From assembly GCA_041649135.1 (NCBI GenBank), contig JBAZNQ010000001.1:99037-163036 (forward strand): a stretch of DNA of 64,000 bases. Direction: 5' to 3'. Origin of the DNA: Patescibacteria group bacterium. GTDB lineage: Bacteria; Patescibacteriota; Kazan-3B-28. Below are positions 1 through 10,783 of this stretch, in pieces (position 1 is the stretch's first letter; each line of letters starts with the position of its first letter). A program made the position numbers and the translations under genes. The notes beneath the pieces were generated by a model. It saw only the letters and a list, made by a program, of their open reading frames with translations, did not search any database and had not been told where the DNA came from.

Positions 1-940
1 GTCTGCAGTATCGGCTGGCAAAGACGATATTCGTAAGATCGTTGCGAAGCAAACTGACCAGCCCAAGGTTTTATTTTTAGATGAAATTCATCGGTTCAAT
101 AAAGCCCAGCAGGATTTTCTCCTGCCATATGTTGAGCGTGGCGAATTAACACTAATCGGTGCCACCACCGAAAATCCCAGTTTTGAGATCATTCCGGCGC
201 TATTATCACGCTGTCGGGTATTTGTCTTGAACGAATTATCAGAAACAGACATGCAGAAAATTATTCTGCAAACCAATATCAAACTGGATGAAACCGCGCG
301 GGACTGGCTGATCAACATGGCCAATGGCGACGCTAGGCAAGCGATCACCATGTTAGAAAATACTCAAAAGTTATATGGCGAGATCACCCTTGATAATTTA
401 AAGAATGCTCTCCAAAATAAATTTCTGCGGTTTGATAAACAAGGCGATGAACACTACAACACCATTAGCGCGTTTATCAAAAGTATGCGAGCGTCGCAAC
501 CTGACGCGGCGCTGTATTATTTGGCGCGGATGGTGGATGCGGGTGAAGATCCCAAATTTATTGCTCGTCGCATGGTAGTTTTTGCGTCCGAAGATATTGG
601 GATCGCTCAACCCACGGCGCTAGTCGTCGCCAACGAAGTATTCCGGGCAGTCGAAACTATTGGTTATCCGGAATGTGCGATTAATTTAGCGCATGGGGTG
701 GTGTACTTAGCCAAGTGTCCCAAAAATCGGGATTCGTACAACGCCTATTTTGCGGCACTGGAAGATGTGAAAAAACATGGCAACTTGCCGATTCCGCTTC
801 TGGTCAGAAATGCGCCGACAAAACTAATGAAAGAGTTGAACTATGGCGCAGGATATGACCCATACACCCAGACAAGTTTTTTGCCGGAAAAGTTAGTTCA
901 AAGACGATATCTGATACAACAAATTTCCAAGAAGGACTAG
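1..940 (+). CDS. rarA: Recombination factor RarA/MgsA (AAA+ ATPase), C-terminal portion; the 5' end lies outside the window
   Basis: Frame 2 is open from position 2. Translation ...[40 protein letters not shown]... then the MgsA C-terminal helical domain ([28 protein letters not shown]). Stop at 940. Confidence 0.85.
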   Translation, partial: SAVSAGKDDIRKIVAKQTDQPKVLFLDEIHRFNKAQQDFLLPYVERGELTLIGATTENPSFEIIPALLSRCRVFVLNELSETDMQKIILQTNIKLDETARDWLINMANGDARQAITMLENTQKLYGEITLDNLKNALQNKFLRFDKQGDEHYNTISAFIKSMRASQPDAALYYLARMVDAGEDPKFIARRMVVFASEDIGIAQPTALVVANEVFRAVETIGYPECAINLAHGVVYLAKCPKNRDSYNAYFAALEDVKKHGNLPIPLLVRNAPTKLMKELNYGAGYDPYTQTSFLPEKLVQRRYLIQQISKKD

Positions 941-1052
941 GCTAGGCGACAGACTATGTTCTCGCTGCCGATCCCAACCACCGAAAGTCGGTTCTGCGAG
1001 CTGGTTTTTGGCTTGTCATTGTGGCCATAGAACCAATAAGCTATGAACCCTC

Positions 1053-1080
1053 TGGGCGAGCTTTCCAGCTCGCCCTTTTG
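1053..1080 (+). terminator. Rho-independent terminator after rarA
   Basis: gggcgagct-ttcc-agctcgccc followed by tttt. Confidence 0.6.
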
Positions 1081-1148
1081 ATTTTGATGATAAACTTACA
1101 GATAGAGAGTGAAACTATTTTTAAAAAATTGCGGTAACAAACAATCAG

Positions 1149-1955
1149 ATGGATACATCCAAACATCGTCCGACTATCGGTTTGGCGCTTGGGAGCGGAG
1201 GCACGCGCGGAATTGCTCACATTGGCGTCATCAAAGTTTTGGAAAAAGCCGGTATCCCGATTGATTACATTGCTGGCTCTAGCATCGGCGCAATGATCGG
1301 CGGACTTTACGCTTTACACAAAGACATTAACATCGTCGAGAATATCGCTCTGTCGGTCGATTGGCAGACCTCGATTTCGCTGATCGATCCCAGTATGAGA
1401 CAGGGATTAGTCAAAGGCGCAAAACTGGAGCAATTTTTACGTGACCAAGTTGGATTTGCCGAAATCGAAAAACTCCAAATCCCGCTCAAAATTATTGCTA
1501 CCGATTTGGCGACTGGTCAGATGGTTTGTTTGGACAAAGGCGACTTGATCGAAGCCATCCGAGCCAGCATTTCTGTTCCTCTAGTTTTTAAGCCGGTTAG
1601 TTATCGCGGTTGGACTTTGGCTGACGGTGGTTTGTCGATGCCGGTGCCGGTAGAAATAGCCAGACAAATGGGTGCCGATATTGTGATTGCCGTAAATATT
1701 GAAGGTGATTTATTTGACTATCGTCGCAGTCTTCGACCGGGGTTAGCGGCGATCGCTCTCACTTCCATCGATGCTCTGCGATATCACTTAGCCGAACAAG
1801 AAACCAACACAGCGGACATCGCTATCACCATTCATAGTCGGGGCGGCAAGCTCCTCGAAGAAGTAACTTGGGACGCGAAAAAATTGATCTCCGCCGGTGA
1901 ACGATATGCCAAACTGGCATTGCCCAATATTCGAGAACGTCTTGGACAAATTTAG
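1149..1955 (+). CDS. Patatin-like phospholipase (RssA/NTE family)
   Basis: GLALGSGGTRGIAHIGV oxyanion motif, GSSIG (GxSxG) nucleophile elbow, DGG catalytic Asp motif. Confidence 0.85.
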   Translation: MDTSKHRPTIGLALGSGGTRGIAHIGVIKVLEKAGIPIDYIAGSSIGAMIGGLYALHKDINIVENIALSVDWQTSISLIDPSMRQGLVKGAKLEQFLRDQVGFAEIEKLQIPLKIIATDLATGQMVCLDKGDLIEAIRASISVPLVFKPVSYRGWTLADGGLSMPVPVEIARQMGADIVIAVNIEGDLFDYRRSLRPGLAAIALTSIDALRYHLAEQETNTADIAITIHSRGGKLLEEVTWDAKKLISAGERYAKLALPNIRERLGQI

Positions 1956-2005
1956 ATTTTTTATCGTGGTTTGGTCGCGACAACTCCAAGGCTTGCTTTT
2001 GCAAA

Positions 2006-2827
2006 CTACACGGCGATATCTCGTCGGTTGAACGCAATTAACCCAGCCATAATTGCCGCTACGATAATCCCAGCGAATACCCACAAATTTACATTATCGA
2101 TACTAGCGGTCGTAATAATCGCATCTGGTGTGCCATAGTAGTAGAATATCGAAAGCCATTTTAGGTTTTCCCAATCGGCGTTCAGTTTGGCAAACAACTC
2201 CACCACGAAAGAAATGATGACAAATAATAGTGGTAGCAAAGTTGCCCGTCCTCGCTCTGCCACCATGGTCGAAAACATCATTGCGAGCGCGAAAATACTC
2301 ACAAAAAACAGGATGGCTACACCAATAAATGTCCAGTATCCCTCAATTGGCGCAGTCGTGATGTCTAGACGATAGGCTTGCCAGAGCATTCCCCCGATAG
2401 TTGCTGTAGTCAACGCCACTATGCCTATTACTCCAACTGCTAGTTTGCTGAAAAAGATTTGTGTTCGGGTTACTGGTTGAGACAACAGCAAGGCAATTGT
2501 GCCTTGTTCCACTTCTCCGGCAATTGCTCGAGAAGCAAACCCAATCATAAACGCACACACTGCAATCACCCAGAAAAACTTCAGATGTTCCAGCGACAAA
2601 AATCCCTCAAAACTCATCCCATTGTCCAAAAAATTTCCTCCCCCCAGTGCCTCGCGAATTTGGACCGGAATTTTATTAAATATTTCAGTATAATTTGTGC
2701 CCAAATCTTGAGCGATGGGGTAGATAAATGTCAAAAGCATACTGTACAGAAACAGGCCACCGCAGTAGAAGAGGATGGTCGACCAGTAGCTTTTTAGGGT
2801 TTGCCAAAAAATCGGCCAGCTCATCAT
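2006..2827 (-). CDS. ABC-2 type transporter permease
   Basis: 273-aa polytopic membrane protein. Its start overlaps by 4 nt the stop of the upstream ABC ATPase gene on the same strand. Confidence 0.6.
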   Translation of the reverse strand: MMSWPIFWQTLKSYWSTILFYCGGLFLYSMLLTFIYPIAQDLGTNYTEIFNKIPVQIREALGGGNFLDNGMSFEGFLSLEHLKFFWVIAVCAFMIGFASRAIAGEVEQGTIALLLSQPVTRTQIFFSKLAVGVIGIVALTTATIGGMLWQAYRLDITTAPIEGYWTFIGVAILFFVSIFALAMMFSTMVAERGRATLLPLLFVIISFVVELFAKLNADWENLKWLSIFYYYGTPDAIITTASIDNVNLWVFAGIIVAAIMAGLIAFNRRDIAV

Positions 2828-3696
2828 CGATACCAGGTTAAAAATATATCTTCAAGAGTTGATTGGGTAATCGCGATATTGGTGATGGGGTACTGGTTAA
2901 TTCGCGCCAACACCGCGTTGATCTCCCCCTGCCGCACTTGAAATTTAACTGACTGGCCATTACGCTCCGTCACCATCAATCCGGCCAGTTCAGCCTCGGT
3001 GGGTACTGTTTGAAAAGTAACCTCGACTATCAGATTGCTTCGGTTGATCAGAGTGCTGACCTCTTCTACCGCCACCACCCGGCCGTCTTTGATGATTGCC
3101 ACCCGATCGCAAACTTTTTGCACTTCAGCCAAATCATGCGAGGAAAAGAAAATTGTTGTACCACCCCGTTTTAAACTCCGCAAAACTGCGTAAAAATTTT
3201 GCTTGACGATTGGATCTAGCCCATTAGTCGGCTCGTCTAAAATTAGCAGTCGCGGCCGATGCATTAACGCTTGAACCAGCGCTAATTTTTTGCGATTGCC
3301 ACTTGAATAATTCTTAACGAAATGATTTGGATTGAATTGCAATATTTCACACAACCGTGTTAACGACAGATCATTACCGCGAGCGCGAAAAGTTCTTAGC
3401 CAGTTCAATAATTCTTGTCCGCGCATAAATGGATACAAAAACGGTTCGCTCGAGACATAACCAATACAGCGATGAATCGCCAGTGCGTCCCGATGAGCAT
3501 CAAACCCAAACAAACTGACACTGCCAGTTTGAGGCCGGATGAAGTCTAGCATCAGGCGGATGGCAGTAGTTTTACCAGCCCCATTGGGGCCCAGAAACCC
3601 AAAAATCTCTCCCTCGTTCACAGAGAAGCTAAGACCTTCTACCCCCCTTACACGCCCATAGTACTTGGTCAGGTTGTTGGCTTCAATTACTCCCAT
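2824..3696 (-). CDS. ABC transporter ATP-binding protein
   Basis: Walker A GPNGAGKTT, signature YSSGNRKKL, Walker B LLILDEP, H-loop. The most plausible start is the ATG at 3696 (MGVIEANNLTKYYG); the ORF extends to 3729. Confidence 0.85.
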   Translation of the reverse strand: MGVIEANNLTKYYGRVRGVEGLSFSVNEGEIFGFLGPNGAGKTTAIRLMLDFIRPQTGSVSLFGFDAHRDALAIHRCIGYVSSEPFLYPFMRGQELLNWLRTFRARGNDLSLTRLCEILQFNPNHFVKNYSSGNRKKLALVQALMHRPRLLILDEPTNGLDPIVKQNFYAVLRSLKRGGTTIFFSSHDLAEVQKVCDRVAIIKDGRVVAVEEVSTLINRSNLIVEVTFQTVPTEAELAGLMVTERNGQSVKFQVRQGEINAVLARINQYPITNIAITQSTLEDIFLTWYR

Positions 3697-3899
3697 AAAG
3701 GTCAATGTACACCCAAAACTCGCCTCCAATCAAGCTTTTTGGCAAAGTGGCCTAGCTTAATATGTTATGAGGCGATACTTCTTGCGGCAGGTTGATTAGA
3801 GATGCCGGAATTTACAATTTTAGTACCCAGACAACTGGACAATTCTTTTTTAACCGTTTTAAGATTGCTGATACACTAGGCTGGTAAAGGATCACATTT

Positions 3900-4382
3900 A
3901 TGGGACAGATTGCTGGAATAACCTTAGCCGGAATTAGTATGTTGGTTGGTCTTGTTGGAACAATCGTACCGATTATTCCGGGTGTTCCATTTATGTTTCT
4001 GGTGGCATTGATTTATGCCTTAATCACAAAATTCGCCATTCTGACGGGAGCCGAGCTTGGTTATCTAGCTATTTTGGTTGTCTCGTCAATTTTTATTGAT
4101 TATTTTGCCGGACTTTTGGGCGCCAAGTTTAGTGGTGCTTCCGGCAAATCGTTATTAGTTGGCACATTCGGATTTCTACTTGGTCTCATTCTATTTCCAC
4201 CGTTTGGTGGTTTTATCGGCATGTTCGTCGGTATTGTTACTGGTGAAATTTATTTTTTCAACAAACCTAAAACTGCCATTCGGGCCGCCAGTGGGGGAGT
4301 CTTGGGCACATTAGCGGGAATGGTGCTCAACTTTCTCCTCGGTCTGACTTTTGTTAGTCTATTTTTAGTCTTTGTGCTTTAG
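3900..4382 (+). CDS. Small polytopic membrane protein (DUF456-like)
   Basis: 160 aa, 4 predicted TM helices, glycine-rich hydrophobic segments. The family assignment is by eye only. Confidence 0.4.
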   Translation: MGQIAGITLAGISMLVGLVGTIVPIIPGVPFMFLVALIYALITKFAILTGAELGYLAILVVSSIFIDYFAGLLGAKFSGASGKSLLVGTFGFLLGLILFPPFGGFIGMFVGIVTGEIYFFNKPKTAIRAASGGVLGTLAGMVLNFLLGLTFVSLFLVFVL

Positions 4383-4489
4383 TTGTCGGTTACTACCGCA
4401 ACAACATCAAAGTTTATTTGTCATATCTCTTTTTGCCGTAACAGATATAATTAAGCAGTAGAGCAATAATTTATTTTAGGTTAATTCTT

Positions 4490-5266
4490 ATGGCCAAGAA
4501 AAAATTTAATATTATTTATGCTGTTATTGGACTCCCAATTTTGTTTGGCTTAATTTGGTATGGTGCTAGTTTGGGTATCGGAGTTGCTCCCCAAACTAAT
4601 GACGGTACCACACCCACTAATCGAACAGAAAACACCGCCGGAGCTAACACAGCTCAAGAGCAGTTAGATGGTTTGCCAAATAAGATCCTGATCGCCAATG
4701 TTCCATTTACCTCTCAAGCGCCTACTGGCCAATGGAGTGATGACCGTCAACAGAATGATTGTGAAGAAGCCGCTGTGTTAATCGGAACAAAGTGGATGAT
4801 CGGCGAATCGATCGGCTCTACGGAAAACGCTCTCGCGCAACTTCTGACACTTTCGAAATTAGCCGAGAGTATGTTTGGCAGTTATGTTGATTCTTCTGCC
4901 GCCGATACTTTAAAACTGTTCCAAAAATATACTGATACAACTCAAGGCCAAGTCAAATATGACGTTACGATGACCGATATCAAAACCGAACTGGCGGCTG
5001 GCCACATCCTGTTATCGCCCATGAATGGCCAAGCCTTAAACAATCCTAATTTTACCGGTGCCGGTCCGGAACGACATTTTTTGGTCATTATTGGCTATGA
5101 CGACAAAACCGGCATGTTTACCACTCAAGACCCAGGGACGCGTAAAGGGCAAAATTATCGCTACAAATACGAGACTCTCTTTGCCGCCATGCGGGATTAT
5201 CCGACCGGAGATCACGAAAAAATTGTCAGCAACCGACGAGCTGTCATCATCGTTAATAAGGTTTAG
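4490..5266 (+). CDS. Membrane-anchored papain-like (C39_2/YvpB-like) peptidase-domain protein
   Basis: N-terminal TM anchor, NDCEEAAVLIG (candidate catalytic Cys), GHILLSP / RHFLVIIGYDD (candidate His). The fold call is by eye. Confidence 0.4.
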   Translation: MAKKKFNIIYAVIGLPILFGLIWYGASLGIGVAPQTNDGTTPTNRTENTAGANTAQEQLDGLPNKILIANVPFTSQAPTGQWSDDRQQNDCEEAAVLIGTKWMIGESIGSTENALAQLLTLSKLAESMFGSYVDSSAADTLKLFQKYTDTTQGQVKYDVTMTDIKTELAAGHILLSPMNGQALNNPNFTGAGPERHFLVIIGYDDKTGMFTTQDPGTRKGQNYRYKYETLFAAMRDYPTGDHEKIVSNRRAVIIVNKV

Positions 5267-5422
5267 ATTTTCTTAACTTATCCGACATTTTAGCCGTCCC
5301 GATATCGCAATGACCGAAAATTGTTTCGGCTAGGTTTCTGGATGGCTTCAGTCCCTCGTTATTGACATAATGAGGTTTTTGTGCTATAATTAGATAGAAA
5401 AGTAAAAATAAACAAATCAGTC

Positions 5423-6376
5423 GTGGAAAACAAAAATCAAATCCCACAAACCATTTTTAGTATTATTCTCACTACCGCCAAGACAGCCGTCTTGGTTTTG
5501 TTAGTATTGTTCACAGTTTCCAGCCCACGTCAGGCCTTGGCTGGTAACGCCTTGCTGGGTCAGGAGTCGGCCATTATTACCCAAACCAACGCCATCCGAG
5601 CGGAAGCTGGTCTGCCAGCTTTGACATTTGAGGCTCGTCTAGCCCGATCAGCTGCTGCCAAAGCCAATGATATGGCTACCAAGGGCTACTTTGATCACGG
5701 TAATCCTGACGGCTATCGGATGTCCTATTGGATTAACAACACCGGCTATACCTATACCTTGGCTGGCGAAAACCTCGCCAAAGGATTTTCTAGTGTTACT
5801 CGACTAATGAATGCTTGGGTAGCCAGCCCTTCTCATTATAAGAATCTAGTTGAGCCACAGTTTACCGATATTGGCATCGGCATGGCTGAAGGTTGGTATG
5901 ACGGTCAATCCACTCTGTTTGTTGTCCAACATTTTGGAGCCGAAGCCGCTCCACTAATAAAGGATGTGAGCCAGTTTGTCTCCGGAGTAACTGCTATGGT
6001 TGCTCCCTTGGTTGAGACCGTAGCTGGCACCACCGAGGGGCAAACGATCGTTAATAATTCCACCCCACTAGTTTCTCCTACTGTTGTCAAACCAGTTCAG
6101 ACGTCGATCGCCAACAGCGCTATAACCAATTCATCTCCAACTCTCCATTTTCTGCCGTCCATCAGTCTTTTACCCCAACCTGCCCAAGCCGGAACCGTGA
6201 CGCCTTGGGTTAATTCCACCGATCAGGCTCCCATTTGTCCGAATATGGCTTGGGCGATCTTGGTGATGTTGATAGTCGCTATCCTTGCTTATTTTGTTGA
6301 TTTCAAGCTGATTGTGCTAATTCGAGACCGGTTGGCAAAAATTGCTTCCAAAACCATTTCCACCCAGCCAAAATAA
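5423..6376 (+). CDS. Secreted CAP-domain (SCP/PR-1/YkwD-like) protein with C-terminal TM anchor
   Basis: Signal peptide, CAP motifs (GYFDHGNPDG, GENLAKGF, HYKNLVEPQFTDIGIG), then a low-complexity linker and a C-terminal hydrophobic helix. Confidence 0.75.
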   Translation: MENKNQIPQTIFSIILTTAKTAVLVLLVLFTVSSPRQALAGNALLGQESAIITQTNAIRAEAGLPALTFEARLARSAAAKANDMATKGYFDHGNPDGYRMSYWINNTGYTYTLAGENLAKGFSSVTRLMNAWVASPSHYKNLVEPQFTDIGIGMAEGWYDGQSTLFVVQHFGAEAAPLIKDVSQFVSGVTAMVAPLVETVAGTTEGQTIVNNSTPLVSPTVVKPVQTSIANSAITNSSPTLHFLPSISLLPQPAQAGTVTPWVNSTDQAPICPNMAWAILVMLIVAILAYFVDFKLIVLIRDRLAKIASKTISTQPK

Positions 6377-6406
6377 ACTAAAATTTGGCATCTTTTGACG
6401 CCCCGA

Positions 6407-6440
6407 TTTGTCTCTCTGCCCCACGCTGGGCAGACTTTTT
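6407..6440 (+). terminator. Terminator after CAP-domain gene
   Basis: tctgcccc-acgc-tgggcaga + cttttt. Confidence 0.55.
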
Positions 6441-6554
6441 GATTTTGCTTGACGGGGACAGGATTTCTGGCTAACCTTAGAAAGACATGAGAGGGGAGGG
6501 TCTTTGGGGTTTGAAAGCAAGATGAACAGTTACACACATCACGGTAGTGGTTTA

Positions 6555-6590
6555 TAAAAGAAACCTGTTGTTTCTTGGTTTTTTGTATAA
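6555..6590 (+). promoter_or_regulatory. Extended -10 promoter (TGTATAAT) for the giant surface protein gene
   Basis: ttcttggt ... tgtataat about 45 nt upstream of the ATG at 6630, in an AT-rich leader. Confidence 0.4.
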
Positions 6591-6629
6591 TGAATTATTA
6601 AATTATAAAAATCTAAAAATTATATTCGT

Positions 6630-9600
6630 TTGCTAAATACACATACAGTCATGAGTAAATTGAAACAGGTAGCCACTCTTTTTTACTGGGTGACAGCTTT
6701 TGGCTTAGCGTTAGCGCCAATGCTAACCGCCACTCCAGCTTGGGCCACATATATTGATCCAACTGGCGGTCAACCAAGTGATATCGGCCCAGTGTGTAGT
6801 CCCGCTGTGGATTTGATCTCTAACGGCAGTTTCGAAGTGCCGGTAGTTGATAATGATTCCAACTGGGACATTTTCCCAAGCGACCCCAACAATGATTTAG
6901 GGAGTAACTTGTGGTGGGGCGCGGAATGGGTAGCCCCCGGCGAAGGTGCACCTAATTTTGCCAATCTTGAATTACAGAAAGCCCCGCTCAACGGCTGGTC
7001 TGCTCAAGCCGGCGATCAATGGGCAGAATTGGATACTGACTATGACGGCCCCGGTGGCAGCATCGGTGGCGAAGCCGCTTCCATCCGTCTGACCCAGAAT
7101 ATTAAAAACACCAAGGGAGGCTGTTATTATAATTTGGAATTTTATACTTTGCCTCGCCCCGGTTACGGTCCAGAAGATAATACTATCGAAGTCAGCTGGA
7201 ACGGTGTCGTAATCGATACAATTACTACAGATGGTTCGTCTCTTACTCAACCAGATTGGGCTTATCACCAATATACTGTTCAGGCCGATGATTTAACCGC
7301 CGATCTTTCCTTTACCGACATTGGCATTCCCAATTCCTTTGGGATGCTACTAGATAATGTTCAAATTCACTGCATCGAAGAAAAAACGACGATCGTTGCT
7401 CACAAAATTGTCTGTGATTCAGAAGAAGATTTGCCTAACTGGGGTATCGGTGGCGAACCAATTACTGCTACTACCGCCCAAGATTTTGTTACTTCCCGCC
7501 AAGGTAGATGTCATTTTCAGGCAGGCTGGCAGTTCCAATGGGCGCCAGAAGGTACTTCAAATCCCGGAGACACCATGATCGGAGAAGCGGGTGGTTGGAA
7601 CACCCTTCCCGCAACTGACGGAGATGGCAAGACAACGATTACTCTTACTGCCACCGACATTGCTGGTAGTAGCTATCTTTGGTTCCGTGAAGCCTTACTG
7701 GAAAACTATGTTCCGTTTAGTAGCTGGCTGTCTGATGGTTCGAACACTCCAAGTGCCGATGATGAATTTTCCGCTGAAGTTTATGCCACTACTGATGTAT
7801 TAAACTATGACAACTACGATCGGATCGAAGATGTTGAAAACGGTGGCATCAAGTTAGGTCAAACTTACTACGCCGTTGCGTTTAATGTTCTGGCCGAGCC
7901 AGAAGAAGATCCGTGTGATTTCGGCGAGCAGACCGGTTGGTTCGGCCAATACTATGATTACACCGCCAACCATCAGGACATGAACTTGCCGACTGGCGTC
8001 TGGCCAGACAAAACTCACGGTGATCCGTTGAGCAAGACTGCTACTTGGACGGCCGATTGGTATGATTCTGACTACTTTGTCAGAAGCCAAGTTGATCCTA
8101 GTCTTAATTTTGGGAACGATTTCTTCCCATTGGATAGTCCTGTACTCGTTGAAGACCCTGCTGGGAGCGGTCACAACTATCACTTCGGTGCGCATTGGAG
8201 CGGAAAGGTTACTGTTGGTACAGAAGGGGATTACAACTTTGCTCTCAAATCGGATGACGATGCTTGGGTTTATCTTGATGGCGAATTAATCAAAGACAAC
8301 TCTGGCATTCATCAGCCACAAGAGAATAATGGTTCGGCGCACATGACGGTCGGCACTCACATTGTCGATATCTTCTTCGCAGAACGGCATACGGTCCAGT
8401 CTTACATGGCATTTGCCTTTGAAAACCAAGACTTGCTGATTGTTCCATACAACGACGAGTGTCCCGTTCCAGTCCCGACCCTTTCGATCGATAAGACTGG
8501 CGTTTACGATCAGGCTGGTCAAATTGATTACACCATTACTTGGAGTGTTGAGGGTGAAGGCACACTCCATAACGTTACTATTACTGATGCTATTCCAGCT
8601 GGTACGACGTATGTGCCTAGTGATCCATCCGGTATCCCTGCCGCTGGAGTAGTAACTTGGATCTTGGGTGATAAAACCGCTCCAGATTCGGGTACCATTC
8701 ATCTAATTGTTTCAATCGATTCTTACGAACCATGGGCGGACAGTCACAGCGACTTTACCCAAGGTTTGCGCAAAGATAATACTCCAGTAGTTGAAGAAAG
8801 AAGCCACCCCGATAAAGCTCTGGGCGTAGCCGAAAACAATGACACAATTAATTTTGTTTCACTCGGCTTCGGCGGTAGTTTGGTGCTTCATTTCAACAAC
8901 TACATCTTAGACGGCGCTGGTGCTGATATCGCCGTTACCGAAACTAGCTATGGCGAGCCATCTGACACCAACTATCCGGAAAAAGTGGAAGTGTTTGCTT
9001 CCCAAACTGGTAATGGCACAGACTGGGTATCGCTTGGTAGGGGGATCCAAGACCAAGACTTCGATCTCAATGGCAGCGGTTTGGCTTGGGCTAGATATCT
9101 GAAATTGGTTGATGTCTCCAACAAGGCTGACGCTCATTTCCCAGCCGATGCCGATGGTTACGACATTGATGGGGTAGCGGCCTTACACTACGCGCCTGCC
9201 GAATGTTCAATTGATAATACCGTTCAAATGAGCGGCGATCCAGCATCAGATGATGTTCCGAAGATCGCTATGGTAGCAGTAGTTGATGACGGTCTAGTCC
9301 ACGCCAGCGATACCACTACTACCACTATTAGTGATATCTGTAATCCTCCCATCCCCGATGACCCAGAGGATACTCACACTCTGATTAGTGGAATGAAGTT
9401 CAACGACCATGATGGTGATGGTGATAAAGATGAAAATGATGGGGGACTGGCCGAATGGAAAATTTATGCCGCCCAATTAGCTGCTAGCTTTGAAGTCGAT
9501 TCACACGGCGATATTACTGGTACGCCAGTTGATTCACCAATTCTTGAGAACGGTGTGGAATATCTGATTCGTGTAAGCGATACCTTTAACGCTGGTGACT

Positions 9601-10658
9601 CCATTACCGCCGATGCTAAATATTCCATTCGCACCGGTAGTGAGTGGACTGATATAGTTGAAAACTACGTTGGATATGGTCCAGCCTTGCTTGATCTGCA
9701 GTTGGATGGCACATCTCCGAACTGGGGTAGTTACAGCCCAGCCCATATTTATTGGTATGCCATGACTGGTACAGGAGCGGCTGTTACATTCCAAATCTAT
9801 GACATTTTTGCTTCCAACAATGTTGGCACACTCGATGTCTCCCTGTATCGTGTCTTGGATTTCACTCTGACTGACGGAACTGGCAATTATTCATTTGATC
9901 TACTCAACGTCGAGGGTGATGTCATTATTGCCGAACAAAATCAAACTGGTTGGACCCAAACCGCTCCCGCTCCGGTTGACTACTATACTGTTCCATCTGG
10001 TGGAGAAGCTAGTAACCAAGATTTTGGTAACTACCAAATTCCAGCAGAGCCACGTCTTGGTTCGATCACTGGTATCAAATTCGAGGATCATGACGGTGAT
10101 GGCGTAAAAGACGGTAGTGATGATCAACCATTAGCCGGTTGGACTATCTACCTTGATGCCAATGACAATGGCAGTCTTGATAGCGGCGAATTGTCTGATG
10201 TAACTGATGATGCTGGTGTCTTTAGCTTCCCCAACCTCTCGGCTGGTACCTACATTGTTCGTGAAGTTTACCAAGATGGTTGGACCAAAACCTTCCCGAG
10301 TGCCTCGGCTTACAGCTTGATCATTGGAGATGGAGAGGGTAACGACTGGGATTGGATCGAGATCGATTTTGGTAACCATGAAGGCGTTGTCGACTCACAG
10401 GGCACAACTCCAACTGGTAGTTCAGGCAGTAGCAGCGGATATTACACTCCAGCGCCAACTCCTGATCCTGACGACGGAGATGTACTGGGCGAGCAAACTG
10501 GGAGCAACGGTAGTGGTAGCGGCGCTAGTGATGAAGCTGTCGGTGGCGAACAAACCCTGCCTGTTACTGGTACATCGCCATGGGTCATACCGGTAATGTT
10601 ACTATTAGCTCTTGCCGTACTACTAGTCGAATCTCGTTGGTCAAAACGTACAAATTAA
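6630..10658 (+). CDS. Giant LPXTG-anchored cell-surface protein (PA14 + DUF11 + SdrD-B/Cna-B-like repeats)
   Basis: Signal peptide. PA14-like segment (GDYNFALKSDDDAWVYLDGELI). DUF11-like (TLSIDKTGVYDQAGQIDYTITWSVEG...VTITDAIPAGTTYV). Two SdrD-B-like repeats (GxKFxDHDGDGxKD...LAGWxIY...G.Y.V.E). The C-terminus is LPVTG + hydrophobic stretch + SRWSKRTN, a classic sortase sorting signal. Confidence 0.85.
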   Translation: MLNTHTVMSKLKQVATLFYWVTAFGLALAPMLTATPAWATYIDPTGGQPSDIGPVCSPAVDLISNGSFEVPVVDNDSNWDIFPSDPNNDLGSNLWWGAEWVAPGEGAPNFANLELQKAPLNGWSAQAGDQWAELDTDYDGPGGSIGGEAASIRLTQNIKNTKGGCYYNLEFYTLPRPGYGPEDNTIEVSWNGVVIDTITTDGSSLTQPDWAYHQYTVQADDLTADLSFTDIGIPNSFGMLLDNVQIHCIEEKTTIVAHKIVCDSEEDLPNWGIGGEPITATTAQDFVTSRQGRCHFQAGWQFQWAPEGTSNPGDTMIGEAGGWNTLPATDGDGKTTITLTATDIAGSSYLWFREALLENYVPFSSWLSDGSNTPSADDEFSAEVYATTDVLNYDNYDRIEDVENGGIKLGQTYYAVAFNVLAEPEEDPCDFGEQTGWFGQYYDYTANHQDMNLPTGVWPDKTHGDPLSKTATWTADWYDSDYFVRSQVDPSLNFGNDFFPLDSPVLVEDPAGSGHNYHFGAHWSGKVTVGTEGDYNFALKSDDDAWVYLDGELIKDNSGIHQPQENNGSAHMTVGTHIVDIFFAERHTVQSYMAFAFENQDLLIVPYNDECPVPVPTLSIDKTGVYDQAGQIDYTITWSVEGEGTLHNVTITDAIPAGTTYVPSDPSGIPAAGVVTWILGDKTAPDSGTIHLIVSIDSYEPWADSHSDFTQGLRKDNTPVVEERSHPDKALGVAENNDTINFVSLGFGGSLVLHFNNYILDGAGADIAVTETSYGEPSDTNYPEKVEVFASQTGNGTDWVSLGRGIQDQDFDLNGSGLAWARYLKLVDVSNKADAHFPADADGYDIDGVAALHYAPAECSIDNTVQMSGDPASDDVPKIAMVAVVDDGLVHASDTTTTTISDICNPPIPDDPEDTHTLISGMKFNDHDGDGDKDENDGGLAEWKIYAAQLAASFEVDSHGDITGTPVDSPILENGVEYLIRVSDTFNAGDSITADAKYSIRTGSEWTDIVENYVGYGPALLDLQLDGTSPNWGSYSPAHIYWYAMTGTGAAVTFQIYDIFASNNVGTLDVSLYRVLDFTLTDGTGNYSFDLLNVEGDVIIAEQNQTGWTQTAPAPVDYYTVPSGGEASNQDFGNYQIPAEPRLGSITGIKFEDHDGDGVKDGSDDQPLAGWTIYLDANDNGSLDSGELSDVTDDAGVFSFPNLSAGTYIVREVYQDGWTKTFPSASAYSLIIGDGEGNDWDWIEIDFGNHEGVVDSQGTTPTGSSGSSSGYYTPAPTPDPDDGDVLGEQTGSNGSGSGASDEAVGGEQTLPVTGTSPWVIPVMLLLALAVLLVESRWSKRTN

Positions 10659-10673
10659 AAAAGTGTCTTATTA

Positions 10674-10712
10674 GTTGATCAATTTGAGCCCCGATACATC
10701 GGGGCTCAAATT
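10674..10712 (+). terminator. Hairpin terminator (copy 1 of a duplicated hairpin)
   Basis: gttgatcaatttgagccccg-atacat-cggggctcaaatt. Confidence 0.55.
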
Positions 10713-10783
10713 ATATTTCACCCTAGGATTATGCTATATTTGGGGTAGTAGTTATATTGGTCTAATCTTTTATCGGAGACATT

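Noticed and set aside
6770-10379. Multiple antisense ORFs (60-140 aa) inside the giant surface protein gene
   Set aside because: Fully embedded antisense ORFs in a long, well-supported CDS; no SDs or motifs.
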